A program made the translations under genes and the position numbers. Source: Raillietiella orientalis (taxonomy: Eukaryota). Taken from it: 64,000 bases of DNA. The notes beneath the pieces are model-generated. The model was not told where the DNA came from. It made no database searches and saw only the letters and a list, made by a program, of their open reading frames with translations. Of this stretch, positions 1 to 14,100 are shown piece after piece (position 1 is the first letter of the stretch; each line of letters begins with the position of its first letter). The stretch is taken from NCBI GenBank assembly GCA_036172245.1, contig JAYWIR010000004.1:6386001-6450000 (forward strand), read 5' to 3'.

Positions 1-3000
1 CCGTAGCACTAAAAAGTGCCTTACAGGATCCTCAAACCTCGAGAATTTTCGACACTACAACACAGCATGTAAGACTCCTTAGTACTATTGCCGCGCTGCT
101 GCTAAATCCTAGATGGACCTTGGAACTAACTCAATCGCGCAATCATTCGTAAATACCGGTTGCAAACACCATTCTTAGAGAAAATATTTTCTCAAGACTT
201 GAAAAGTGAGTCAGCTCATAGTGAAGGCCAAAGGGAAATCTCAGAAATGCTCCAAATTAAATTTCTAGCATCCGGAACACGAGAAGGAAACATCAGATAC
301 GTTGAGGTTGGGAAGAATTGCTTCCACAGAGCCTCTGAGTTTTAGGTTCAATTTGGAATCAAACCCGTGGAAATTGAAGACAAACACTTTTGGAAAAAGC
401 TCTTTATCTCGAAGAAATCTGAGTGAGGCTGTTCTTTTTTGATACCTTTTAGAAAGTTCCTCGGTGCGCTTGTTCAACATCTTCCTGCTGAGTGAAACCT
501 GCATGAAAATTTCCTACTATAAACCTAGGGCAACAAATGCATCGCCCTGAAGAGATACTACAAGTAGTCGAGGGTGAAACATTTTTCAGAAATGAGACAG
601 ATGAATTTCAAAGTTGAGAAAACATGGATTATCGATCTTTTAGGAAGAATGTAAGGGCATTGCCAGCACAACGATTGCAGCTTCCTTTCATAAATGCTGT
701 ACAAAGGTACTCGAAAATTGTATGATCGAATCCAGAAGTAAAGGTAAATTTTCATTTGGTTCAAAGCTCGGAAATCGGACCAAACTCACACGACCACTGA
801 TGAAATGTACTTTGCAACAAAAAAAAACCGATGCATTTTTTTGTTCAGTTTCCTGTTGTTGTTTTTTTTAATGCTTGACTACATAAAGATTCAAGTGCTG
901 TAGTCCAAATAAAACCTGAAAAAGCGGTAAATAACCTAATAAAGGTTTCATTTCTGAATACCTTAAATGTTGAGATTGTTAATAAATATTCAGCTCTGTA
1001 ATATTTAGCTCAGAAAACTTGGACTGAATAACAAATCAAGACTTCCAAACAAATGGAAAAATCACTTGATAGTTGCATAGTTTTTCAAATTACAAAAGTT
1101 ATCAAAATGTTCTCATCTTAGGTATTCATATGGTCCTACAGATGTGATTGGATTAGTGCATTTCTCAAAATTAGTCCAAATATCTCTTCAAAAGCACCTT
1201 AGAAATAAATCTATTCGTCATCACAAGTAACAGCATTACTCTAAATTTTGGTGGATACATATATTGTAATAGTAAAGAAAATCTACAATATGATAACCGA
1301 CTGAGAGAAATTAACTTGTAGTGGAGCTTAATATACTTTGATGTATTGTTTATAATATACTAGCTACTCCGATATTTTTACAGCTACTCTGATTTCCACC
1401 ATTAATCACTGGAACGAAATGGCATTTTTCCTTTGAAGAATCCATGTTCTAAGAAACCATGTGGTATAGTGGTAGCCCAGATTAGTTTCCTTTTTTTGTG
1501 TATTTGTCCTCTTTTGCCACTGGTGGTTTCGACATGAAACAGTTCACATTATTTATGGTAAAATAAAACACTTTTAGAGAATTGCCTACTGAATTACAGA
1601 TCTGTTCCCTACAGGAAGAAGGAATCTGTCGTTCACCGCTGCTGTTCACCGTTTCTCTTCATTCTTCAGTTTGTGCTCTTGAATTATTTCAACAAAAGAG
1701 TTTCCTATTTCATTCACGTTCAATATAAATTGTACTGAAAAGCAGTACGCAAAATTCCCAGGTTATGTTTGCTGAGACAATCCAATCAATTTAATGGAAA
1801 CGTGGAAAATCACAAATGCAAAGTGATCATTTCACTTTGATATAACTCCATCAACAAGCACTGAGATCGAGGTTCCTGTGCATTAAAATATGTATGTTTT
1901 GAACAAATCCGATGTGTTTGCTTTCCAAATGTTTGTGTTGTCGTCGAAGTCATGCATATTCATCCAGGAGATGAATCAGCTGTGGAAAAGATTAACGAGA
2001 ATGTCTTGAGTAGGAAGAGCTGAATTTTTCATCACATTTCAGAAGCTCCTTTAGAGCAAAATATCCTCCTCTCATTTCTTTAACCTGAGAATAGCTAGAA
2101 AGCTAAAGAATATCGGATATGAAGTACAGCGGGCATGTGTACACTCCGAATGTTATTGAATAGTGAAGAAGAAAATGAGTTTGAGCTGAACTGGTGAAGG
2201 AGAAATCTGGTCATTTTGTCCACAAGTCTCAGGTAAAGCTGATGAAAACCTCTGAGACTGTCCTGACTTTCGACTGCTGGAACAGTGCCATTGACCACTT
2301 CTGATCTAACAGTCGGATGTCTGCTCACGAGCTCGTTTTCTTCGTGGATTCGGAAAACATCTAGTGATGTTCTCTCACAAGCTGAAAGATTGGTCGTTTT
2401 GTGACGGTCCCCTGAAATTCGAGCACAGCTCCGTGTGAAAGCCTCTCGTGTACTTTCCATTCTTCGTTACCAGAATGTATGAAACAAATATCCGCAGTAA
2501 AGAATGTTAATACCACGTATCTGTACCACAATAGGAGACAAGTGGTTATTGCATCACCGCCCCACGGACAATCCTTCAAGTCCATGTTGTCTTTTCAGTG
2601 TTTTCAGATGATGCAGTGATGCCTGCCTCTTCTTCCTTCTGACCTCGTCCTGCTTCTGATCTCGTACATCTTTCAAACTCAGATAGGCTGTCATCTTAAG
2701 CAGCAACATGTGAATGGTTTCGCAGACTATCCAGTGGCATCATTAAAGTCAGCCGAAATTGTTGGCAGTTTGCACCTCGTGCATGGAAACCGGAAACATT
2801 CAAGTCTGTGCATCTGAAATCAAGTTGTCTGATTCGGTTCAATTTTGCCAAGATATTCAGGCTGGTTATTCCTATTTAACATGCAAATAAAAGGAAATGC
2901 ATTCGTGTATGTACACAGAGGAAGGAGTTTTGTATTGTGAACCTGAAGCGGAGGAAGGGTATTCAGGGCTGGACAATAAATAATTTTAATTTTTTTTTTC

Positions 3001-6000
3001 TTTTTTTCAAGAGAGAGATACGACTACCAAGTGTCTGTGATAGGAAGGGTAGAGGAAGAGAGAAGGGAATGCAGGTCACCAGTTACACCTTGCTGTGTAA
3101 TCTGAGTATTGTGACAGTGCACTTGCGTCCGAGGTTCACCAGTCGGATTTCATCAAATGATTCTGTCTCACGTGCTTGAAAAATTCTTTGTTCCAAGTCC
3201 CTTGCCGCAAATGTGAATTAACTAATCTTTGGTGAGTAAACAGGTGCCCGCGATGGATGTTTTTTTGGAAAAGAACGTCCATCGCTTTATCGAAGAATCC
3301 TGAATGTTCTCTTGCTGCATCTTCTAAATCCCCTCGAATTGAATTGCTTCTTTTCACAGTAGTGCCAGCATTCCATTCCACGCTATGTTAGTAAATCTCT
3401 TTTTGTGACGATGGCACCTTCGAGCCGGTAGGAACCCAAGAGTTTATCCAGGTGACATTTTCAGCAGACAAATTCAGAACAGCATCACAGTGTTTCATGA
3501 ATTGCTGAGGAAATCATGGGTAAATTCTATTCTCTAAAGCAGCCGAGGAAGAATTCCACAATTTTTCTAAGGAAAATTCTGGAAGTCCTCCTCGTCCTCA
3601 TATTTAGAAATACGAAACTCTGCATGAAATGGCATTCCAAAGTGAGAACTCATAAGCGAACTCACTAGCATGATGCTCATACTGATCGAAATGAAGCTTG
3701 GTGACTTCATTCAGTCTTCAACTCTTTCCCTCTACGGATATAGGAGAGAGAATGAAATGTGAACATTACCCATGCTCCAGGAGAAGATGTGCATGTTTGT
3801 GTTAGGTCCTTATTTAGAATTACTTACAAATTCCAACACAAACACCGCATCGACGCTCATGGGGAGGATTTATAAAATTAGGAGCACGGTTTCCAAGAAA
3901 CTTGTACCTTTCGCGTGCAAATTTGGACGATCCGAGTGCACAATTCTCATGGCAGTCATCTGGGAGTGGTTCCAGAAATATCTCGGTGGAAACATGAGCA
4001 ACGTTTGGCTGGGAGAATAAAAACTGCATCAGCATCATGTATAGAGGGTATCCGATCATAAACATTCATTGCTTAAAACTGAGTTATGCAGTGTTTTTCC
4101 AAGCGGCTCCTTAGCTTCCGAAGGATGCTGGAGATGTCCGTTATTCAGTTTGAAATTCTTTCTTATTTCCTTCAGGAGAGTGGGAATCTCTCCCATTTCA
4201 GTAGATGATCATGCTTTGGTCTGCTCTCAAGCGGGTCAAACATTAATCCGATTTTGAGCGGCTTTGTAATTGTAGCTTAGAAGCAGATTAACTAGATATT
4301 GAATCACATGCTTTTGTGTTGAGAGGTGCAATGATCACTGATCTCTCAATATTAATTGTGTGCCCCGATGGGATTTTTTCGCTGACAGGTGATTGCTTTC
4401 TCGGAAGCACGCCGGACTATGAATTGGCTTGCTTGAAAGACCGCAAATGCAACAGCATGTGAATTACTGATTATAACCTATTGCACAACTCCAAATGCGT
4501 TTTCAATTATCTTGAAGAATCGAACATTAAAGAGTCAACTTTTGTTATTAAATATTACAAAATTCATTTCAAAAAACAACCCTTCTAATTACAAAACTCT
4601 GCTCATCCTCAAGTATTCAATGATAATGTTTCTCCATTAATTAATTCTGTTCTGAATTCATGGAAAGGATTTATGGCTGGCATGGTAATTTGAGTCATCT
4701 CGAGTTCAGAAAATACGTTCATGCATCCAGAGCACTTTTGCTTAGTCTTCCCTAAAACATTTCGTGTACCTTTCAATTTTTTAGTAATTTATAGTCATTA
4801 ATAACCTTAAAATTAATTACTAATTAATACCTTTTGAGCAAAAATCTCTAATTGCAGGGAATAGACTTTTTGAAGTCCTCTGCTAGCTAACGCATCACAA
4901 TTACCACTTCATTTTGCACTTCCGATAGTGTTGTTCAAACATTTTGTCCCTCGAGAAACAAGAAATTACAAGAAACCTGAATTCCAGAGCAATTCTTAAC
5001 TCACCAGAAGAATTTTAGTCCTAAAGGAAAGATCGAATTCTGATTGCTCCTTACGAAAGAAAGTTTTGGATTATAAAAAACATAAACTAAAAAAAAAATT
5101 CCCATTTTAAGGTGGGGGCGCAATACACATTTATTTTTTTACTGCCAAACATATTTCAAGCGACAAACTAAATTTTATCAACATGAACAGATACGTGGAT
5201 GTAAAGTGCTCATTTCATTGCCTCTACAGAAAATTTAAGAATCCATAAATTAGACTTTTCATTAATTAAAGTATTGGTTGAAATCTCTTCCCTTACATTC
5301 CTATGAACATCAGACACATAGATGATGATGAAAATCCCTTTATTTTGAACTGTGTTTTATAAACATATGAATTAAATTGAATATCTGAATCAAAACAAAT
5401 TGTAATTTGACTACTTAAATCTGTATCAATCCAAGTAAACCTATAATTTCACAAGATGCTTTTTTTTTCGGTAGGCATGCTACTGAAATACTAATTCTCA
5501 GGATTTGCAATCTAAAAATTAAAATTCGCAAATCATTCGAGAAGCACGAAACACTTGTATTCAGGATTTGCTCTTTCATTCAGTTGATTACTGAACTGTC
5601 AAGTGGCTGCTAATAAAACGTTGACCATTCATAACTGCAAAGTATAATAAGATAGGTTGATATAAATAATGGCAAATCGAGAAAGATGGTTGCTTTAGCG
5701 TCGGAGCGGTCAAGAAAACTTTAAAGATGCCACTCTACCGAATTCCTGGAAGCATTTTACACTAGGAGCACATAGTTGGCGCATGCATGACCCCTGGTCA
5801 CAGGCTTGCCAATGTGGGAGAAAGATCAGGTTTTTTGGTATATTGAAAAATTGCCTCTCCCATGAAGGAAGCACTGTAATTGCATTTATCTGATTAAATA
5901 CAATGGAAAAATGCAGAACTTTTAAGCCTCTGTTTCATTAATTGGCCTTATAAAATACTCAGTATATCTTCTACATGTCGAAGTCGAGCGATGGACCAAA

Positions 6001-7908
6001 GTATCATAAGTATCATATGAATTGGACATTCTTGAATTGCGTTACTAAGAATACTGTTTGTTCCCAGCATGTTTTGTGGCTTTATTTGAGAATTCATCAA
6101 AACAAAATGGCGGCAACAGTACACATTCAACTTCTATAATGGAAGGAAGAAATATGTAGTGGAAAAGTTGAAATCACATTAAAGCATGATAGCCTGAAAA
6201 TATAAAAAGTGAACATAAAGAATGCGTGTATATGGTGAGAATAGGTGCTATAAACAAATATTGTATCCTTACTTTTTCCAAAGAGGTAAAGAGGTTTATC
6301 AACGATACATCCTATTACGAGCTCGATAATATAAATGGATGCAAACATATCACTTGCTTTGAGAAGATGCAACTGAAAGTAATGATTGAAGACCTCTCTG
6401 GATTTTCATAACCCTGCAGGCATCAATGAGCTTGTGAGGAAACGAATTGAAATGAAAGTTTCCAATTCTGCTAAGTAGTGGAAGAAAAAGACATGCACTA
6501 AAACACTTGAACATGCATTGAAACACGGAGTTTTAGAACAAGATGCATGGAATGGAAAAGGAATTTTATGAATTTGAGAGCAGACAGGAATACTCAAGTT
6601 TTTCTCACGGATTGCCTCTTAAAGCAAACAGGCAAGTTTCAGCAATGAGCAGCAGTCAGAGATGCAAAAGCGGCAGGTATTTTGAACAAAGAGACCATGG
6701 ACGCGAAAGGACAACATCTAATAAGAAGACTAGTTAATGAAAAGATATGATAAAAACATAAAGCAAATGATAATATCTGATTTGATAATAAACAGGATAT
6801 TCCTTGCAGAAATCAAGCATATGGAGAGAGTTACAAACAAGAGAAGCCAGATAACTTTCATAAGTAGTAGTAGAAAGAACTTGCATAACTGTCATAGAAA
6901 AAAAAACTGGTACTTGAAATTCTTGTAGTAAAAGGACTGAGGAGATGTTGAAGCGCATGAACAATCACGCACTCACATATATGCAGAAAGAGAGCTCATA
7001 TTTATATGAAACTGAGCGAGGAAGATCCAATGAGAATCCGAATAAGTGAAACGCTGTTAAGTATCTTTGAGCTGCTCAAGTGTTGTTTCACTGGAATACT
7101 GCGCATATACCATATGAGAAGGGGAATGCTTAAAAGTTTTCTTCTGATAAGAAAAATACGAATGTTTTTTCCTGTTTATTTCTGGTCTCATGATTAATCG
7201 ATACTCCATCGATCTGTACAACAGGCAACCGGATGAACGATCTGTTTGTTCTCGTTCTTCATGTGAAAGATGTTCCATTCCTCACGAAAGACTGAATCCA
7301 ACAAAAAGCTGCATTAGCAAATGAATCGCGAAACCTTTTCTTGATCATTTATAAAAAAAATCAAACGTTCACCTGCATTAAATTAGCGCAACGGGAGCGT
7401 CGTTTGTTTTCCATTCCCCGAAAGCGAATTTGAAAAAAAAAAAAGAACAAAAAATCGGTAACTCATGGAAGAGTTTATCGACCTGGATTGTTCCAGACAT
7501 TGGTGTCACTCGCAGACATTTGGTAGTCATGGCAACCGTGGCCTGTAAGTTGATGATTTTATCAATGTTTCGAAAGCTCATCTTTGAACACTCGTGTAAT
7601 CCTTCACGTCACTGTTGAATAATACGGTTCAAATGCCTTGATATGATGCATAAATCCATTCTCATTGCAAAGTGCACCGATGTTCGATACACCCAGTAGC
7701 AAATTAGGATACTGCATGCCAAAGTTTCTTTGAGAGTGGTTCTTAACCGCGAGTTCGTAACCGTTGCATGGTGACGTGCCTCATTCAAGCTAAAAAGCAT
7801 ACGCCCGCATAGAGAAGCGTTGAGCCCCCACGAGTTCGATTGGGAACGTGCGAGCTGAATTACAAAATAACAGCAGCCTTAATCATGCGCTGTGTGCTTT
7901 CCATACAG

Positions 7909-8130
7909 TGCATGCGACCTGTTCCGGGTGGCACCCGTAGCGGACAACGACCGCCTGACCGTCCGGAGGTTCGCCGATGCCCCCGCGCACCACGCTGGGA
8001 TTCAGCTCAGCATCTTCCACAGGGATGATGACGTCAGCAGCACTCACGGCGCGCAGTACCGCGCTGGCAAGCTGGTGGCAATGCCAGCACGCCAACCTAA
8101 ACGGCTTCTGTGGAGTCGCCCCTTGACGTG
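7909..8130 (+). CDS. Orphan exon-like segment, unknown product
   Basis: GC-rich island with G/C-ending codons (ACDLFRVAPVADNDRLTVRRFADAPAHHAGIQLSIFHRDDDVSSTHGAQYRAGKLVAMPARQPKRLLWSRPLT). Acceptor ctttccatacag, weak donor TG|GTACAT, symmetric phase 2. The antisense frame is also open, so the strand is uncertain. Confidence 0.3.
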
Positions 8131-11100
8131 GTACATCGTACACTCTCTCACAAGTGGAAGTGAAGAGGGTGGAAGTGAATAAGATGGAAAAAATAAAAAT
8201 GCAATGCGCATTGCACAACAACTCTTTAGGTAGCAGAGACTACAACGAAACTTCGACGGGGCCCCAAAAATTGATTCCTCTGAGTGCACCAACAAAAATT
8301 AATATTCGTCGATCAATACGATGGCAAAAAAAAATCTGCCGTTCGGAGGAAACTGCTTATTGAATTAAAGCAACGAGCCACTCATATTACTTGTTACTTG
8401 TTTGTATTCCGGATGCTTCCAGAAGCCAAAGAACAGCTTTGCAATGAGAAAATAAAGAAACAAAGCATTTTCGAGAAAGTATTCAACCGTTGTTCGCACA
8501 ACGAGAACGAAAGGGTGTTATTTCATGAGACGAGAGGTCACGCGACATGAGGAAGCGTTGAAATCGAACTCAAGACAAGGAGCCACTTAAAAAGAAACAC
8601 ACTGAATCAATGTAGACGAAAAATAAGTGACTGTTACATTGGATAAATTGAATTCTAATGAGAGAAAAGAAGAAAACACTAGAGTAATGGTGGATAGGTT
8701 GTGCTTGCACGTGGTACGTAAGTGTGCTCGAATGTGAGTGTTTAGACGCGGGCAGCGACTGCCTCGTCTGCACATCCTTCCAAGATAGTGTGCATTTAGC
8801 AGCAGGCGTGCAGCTTTGAACGTTTCGAGTTTCAGGTGAGCCTCATTGTAGTAGATCCACGATCTCTGCATCAGTTGACTCTTTTGAGCTCTTTTTGGCA
8901 TGGTTGCGTCAGTACCTTTGCAACGTGCATGTGATAAAACCCACCGGCTAAAGCTAAACCGACACAGAAGCGGCGTCAAGATTTTTCGATTCCAAAATGT
9001 GTGACTCCCACTTTTTCGCTTCTGGGAAGTCTTGCAGCCAGCAAAACTGTCCGTGGAGTCAGAACTGCCAAATTCCAACAGGCAAACTGGGCAGATTCCT
9101 TTGTTTCGTTACGCAGGCACCGAAAGAATGTCCTTCCTTTCAGAAATGGCACGAGACCTCACGTTGAGTTTTGGATCGTCTCAAACAGATTCTGAGATCG
9201 CCAACATTGATCGGAATAGTACTGTCTTGTCCAGGATGAAAATGGAGATCCAGGACACCGTCCTGAGCAAATTTCGAAAGCGATTCATGAAATTTAGTCA
9301 TTAGGTGGAATTTTCAAAAGACTGATGTGGAGACAAACTAATGAGTGCGCTTAGTTTCATAGTTTTCTTAACTCTTTCAATGTTAATTGAATCAAGACAA
9401 ATTTGCACGATTGAGACTTTCAAGAAATGAGATGCGCGCCTTGCTGAAGAAGCCGTCTACCACGTGTGTCTTCCGAAATCTTCAACCTTTCGAATCACAT
9501 GATAAACGCAGTTTCCTGAAATCCATCTATTATGTATTGTACAACGAATTTTCCAGCTATTCATGAAAACATCGCCTCCTGTAACAGGTTTCATGATCTA
9601 TATCTAAAGGTTTCATAGATCACCATCCGAAAACAATCCTTATTTATTATCACACTTTTCAGAATGCATTTGAGGCCATACCGCCACAATGCGGAAAGGT
9701 CTCACTACCATCCATGAAGTTTGATCCGTATCGAAACATAAGATCCGTTATGACTTTCTATCTTGCTTCTCATCTCTCCGTAGGAATGGAATATCGTCCT
9801 GAAACTGCCTTTCTCTTGTAAGGACTTCTTACAGCTGGAATTTATTCCAGGGTGACCAAATCTTCCTGGTTAAAGATCACATTTCCATATAAAAGAATGT
9901 GATTCTGTTCCTTATTTGCTTGTTCCAAACCAACTATGTTTTTAATTTGGATTGCTTTCTCGGCATTTATATCCTTTGTCAGCAGCGCAGAGGTCAGTCT
10001 CACTTTGTAATTCAAAATCATTAGAACTTATGCTTAGGATTTTCTGATAGAAGTATCAGATGTGCCAGAGTCATTTCTGTTCGAAGGATCTCCTGTGATG
10101 GATCCAAGGTATCCAGGAAGCTCTACACCAGGGCTCGGAAATTTAAGAAATGTGCTTCATTTCCTAAGTTTGTTTTCTGGCTGACCAACAGGCAGTCATT
10201 AGGATCTTTTCATGCATTCGTCGTATCCATTTCCATCATTTCCGCATCCTGTGAAGCTCATTCGGATTTCGCAGCGGCAAATCTCATCTTTAAAACTCTT
10301 AGTCTTCCACTGCAATGCAGAATTTTCGAGAAACACACTTTCGTGAACTTCCAAAGTTTCGCACGGAACATCGCGAGGGAGACATCCAATGATGAAAAGT
10401 CTGAAGTCTCCTGGTCACTAAAGGCAGCAACTTGGAGCGATCACACTCCTTTAGATGCTGTGTAAAGATGTTCAGCCTTCATGCTTTCTTTTAAATCCAG
10501 CCATTCCTTTCAAAAATCAGCTCACTGCGTTCTCTCACAGAATCGAAATCGGAATCGACCCTGTGAGCGGATCGAAATTCTGATTAGGAAAAGCGAACAC
10601 ATCGTTCCAGATGATTTCAAAAATGAAATTCATAAGTGCAGTCCTCGTGAGGAAAATAAGCAAAGAGCAAAGAGACTTTGGTAGTTGTGACAAGTGGATG
10701 CGAAAGGTGAAAAGCCCGTTCATTAGATAGCTCCAGGTATCGAAGATTCTTTGCTTTTATTTTGGTTATTTGAATAACAGCGCCTATAGGAAATCAACAT
10801 TACATCATGAATCGGTGAGGATTATTAGTGTCCTCAATAAAAACTGGCTGAAGCTCAAGCGAAAACAGGATCCTTCTGAAGACTGGACGGGAGGGAATGA
10901 GAAAAAAAAAAAAGTTTCTTGTGCTCTCAGAGAATTCATATTTGCGAGTGTGGCATTTCTGATGTCATGTAAAGAAGGACAGACTAGAAAGAACGGGATT
11001 GTGATTTAGCCCCAATTGCTTCTCCTCGGTTCCATTTAGCTTCCTTCAACATGCATCAGTCGCGATTTGGGGAAGAGGAGTGCTTGAATTTTGGCTAAAT

Positions 11101-14100
11101 GGGACTTTTCAAGAGCGAGTTGAACCACGAAAGCGGCAGTCTGAAGGTCCGTATCTGCACCACTGAATCTCCCTAAGAAATCCTCAAGACCTCGGTAGCT
11201 GTTATACATTCACAAATACAAGCAGCGATGTAGATTTCATAACCGCTTACAGCAGTTTCAGAAAATGCACTTTGCTTTTCCCTGCTTGTTGTGGATAAAT
11301 GTTGGCTCAAATATTTAAACCAGACTGCTTTTCCAAAAATGGTTCTTGCAAGTGCTTGGAGTCTCAAGATGGAAGGCATCCATCCACATACCCATTCATG
11401 AGAAGACCTTCTTCATAAGTCCAATGCTGAAAGAGACATCGTTGGGCAAAGTGAGGTTCGATCACCTGAACTGCTGCAAACGAGACTTAGGCGATTGTAT
11501 TGATAAAAAATAAATAAATAAATAAACTGGTGTGGAGAGGTGAATCTGCACTTTTTTCTTTTGACGAGTTAGTTTACACGCTTCATGGAATGAAAGTTTC
11601 GATCCAGGATTTTCTTCGAGACGCCTTATTGAATTCAATGAAAACTCCACTTGAAGAGCTGGGACTGGTTCAGCAGCATTCAGCTTAGATTCATTTGAAA
11701 AATTCTGTGTTGCTAAGCATGAGACGGAATTTCAGAAGACTTGTTCGCATATTCTTGCTCTGCCTTGTTACAGTGGCGCTCTAGAAACTTGGATGGAAAT
11801 CGCACGGAACTTCGCTCATTTTGCTCGCGGAAGAAAGTTACAGCAAAGACAAGGATAGAAGCATTCCCTGGAATCATTCTGTCTAGTGGAATTTCGCCTT
11901 TTTCGATTTCTGGAGCTGCCGTCGTTTCTGCTAAACTTACATCAAGCAGGTAGTACACTCTTGGTTACGAACTCGACCTGCGAGGTTCAAAGGTCAGCTA
12001 AGCAAACGATTTCAGGGATTTTTATGGAAAAGAAACCGTGCCCTTAACTCACAGCATGATTATACATTGATTAATCTGACGGATATTTTCATGCATACCA
12101 GCAACACATTTGAAACAGAGTTCATTAGCAAACACTTCTAATGCAAGGCTGAATGAATTTTGAGCAAAGTTAATGCTAATTCTTCAAGCAATATATGATT
12201 TTGCAGAGTGGATCCAACACCTTCATGCAATGACGAACATGTTGTCAAGTGTTCTTCAGATTGTTTCTCTACAAATATGCAAGCAACACTTGAGAATTTT
12301 TGTATCGGGAATTTGATGATTTCAGATAATCGTCACAGATTGTTTCGCAAAATAGAAATGTATCCTTACATAGTAGAGCAAAATAGAGCGACTCTCCGGA
12401 CAATCAATAAAATGGTCAGCTATTGAAACAAATTACTTCTATTGATCTTAATTACTATGTGCATATTAGAATGATATATTGGAATAATTACGAATGAATA
12501 CGAATGAAGCAATTTACAATTTTTTGCTTCGTTTGGGATGCATCTTGTGAAACTTTGATCTACTGCAACAGAATGTACCTAAACAGTTGATCGATGGCCA
12601 TTTCCAGTAGAGATTACCAACCGTTATAGCTCTAGATTGCCTTCAGTAGCCATTGCCACGACAGTTGAAAAAAAGACTCCTTGATATTTCTGAAATATCG
12701 TCTATAAAGATTTTTTTAAAAAGGAGCAATCACCAATAGCTAACACTCGTGGCTCTCAACCTCCTCTTACCTTTTCAATATTCGCCTGCTCGATGATTCG
12801 TTCTTCAAACAGGTCGTGTTCAAGAATTTTGTCTATTTAATGTCTGCCACTAGGGGAATAGAAAATATAATTATTTCACTTGGGGACAAATTCTTCTGCT
12901 TCCTTTCCGTCTTTCTTTGTCCAATGCACCTGTCAATGGCATAGAAAGGATAATTCCAGAGAGCAGGAAAAGGATTTCTTTATTCATTCTTACCTAATAT
13001 GCTTTGGTCCAATCATTTCCTTTCATCATTCTGCCAGAATTTATTTCACGATTGGCAGTCACGAAGAATGAGACCAACAACCACTTTATCTACCATGATA
13101 CGTATGATACAGCCTGCATCAGTTTGTACAAAGAGCCTTTGTTCGTATTTGAATTTTTTTTTCTGCATCCTGAATTTTCTTTTTTTCGTGGTAACTGCCA
13201 GCAATTCCGCTTTTATAAGTGCATGAGCGGTCACCCATATTTTTTCCAGGTTTCTAGCCTCGTCTGTCCGGAAGGTTTTCCATCCAGATCACTTTTCTAA
13301 CAAGATAAGATATTTATCTGGAAATCGTAAGTCTGCCAGACAAAATGCGTAGGGCTTTTCTTGGTGTCAAAAGTCTCCCATGAAGTACCTGATGTTAAAG
13401 AAATTCCAGTGATTTCCTATAATTTTGCAGGTGCAAGAAATAGGTAAGCCAATTTCTTTAACTCATTATTGTTCAGTTCCATCTCCAGATTTCGAATGCA
13501 TCTTTAGTCGCATTCTCAGAGAGCAGATGAAACAGTTTTCCTGATTCGACTTCTTCCCCTCCCTATCATCCGGATTAGCTTGCTTCCGTCAAACTTTCGA
13601 AAGTGAGTACAAGTGAAACCGTCCTTCTTTCCTCTTAATTGATAAAAGACTCATCGTATACGTTTAGTGAGTGAGGACATCTGCTTCCCTAAAGCGTTCT
13701 GTACTGTGCATTTCTGCCTTATTTAAAGATGCCAATTCCTATGCACGAAACGAACATGAAGAATCCTTCACTTGCCTGTTTTCCCCAAGTGTTGTTTCTG
13801 CGCCTCACTTTCTTGCCTCTCGTACACACTCTTCCCTTTTATCTTAACCAAAAGGTCGAAAAGAGACACTCGTACGTACTTTGTACCTGTGAATAATCTA
13901 CTGACATTTTGATTTTAATATTTGGATTCACTGTTCAATAAATCTTTTGCTCTAGGCCTCTGTAGAGTGTGTTCTAATTTTTATCTGAAAATCTTGATTT
14001 CACCGAAATGAATTTGCAGCTTCTTAATGAATTTTTAATATAGAATCTTGGAATCCAGTAATAAAATTTCTCCAAGCCATAGGAAACTGTAAAATAAAGA

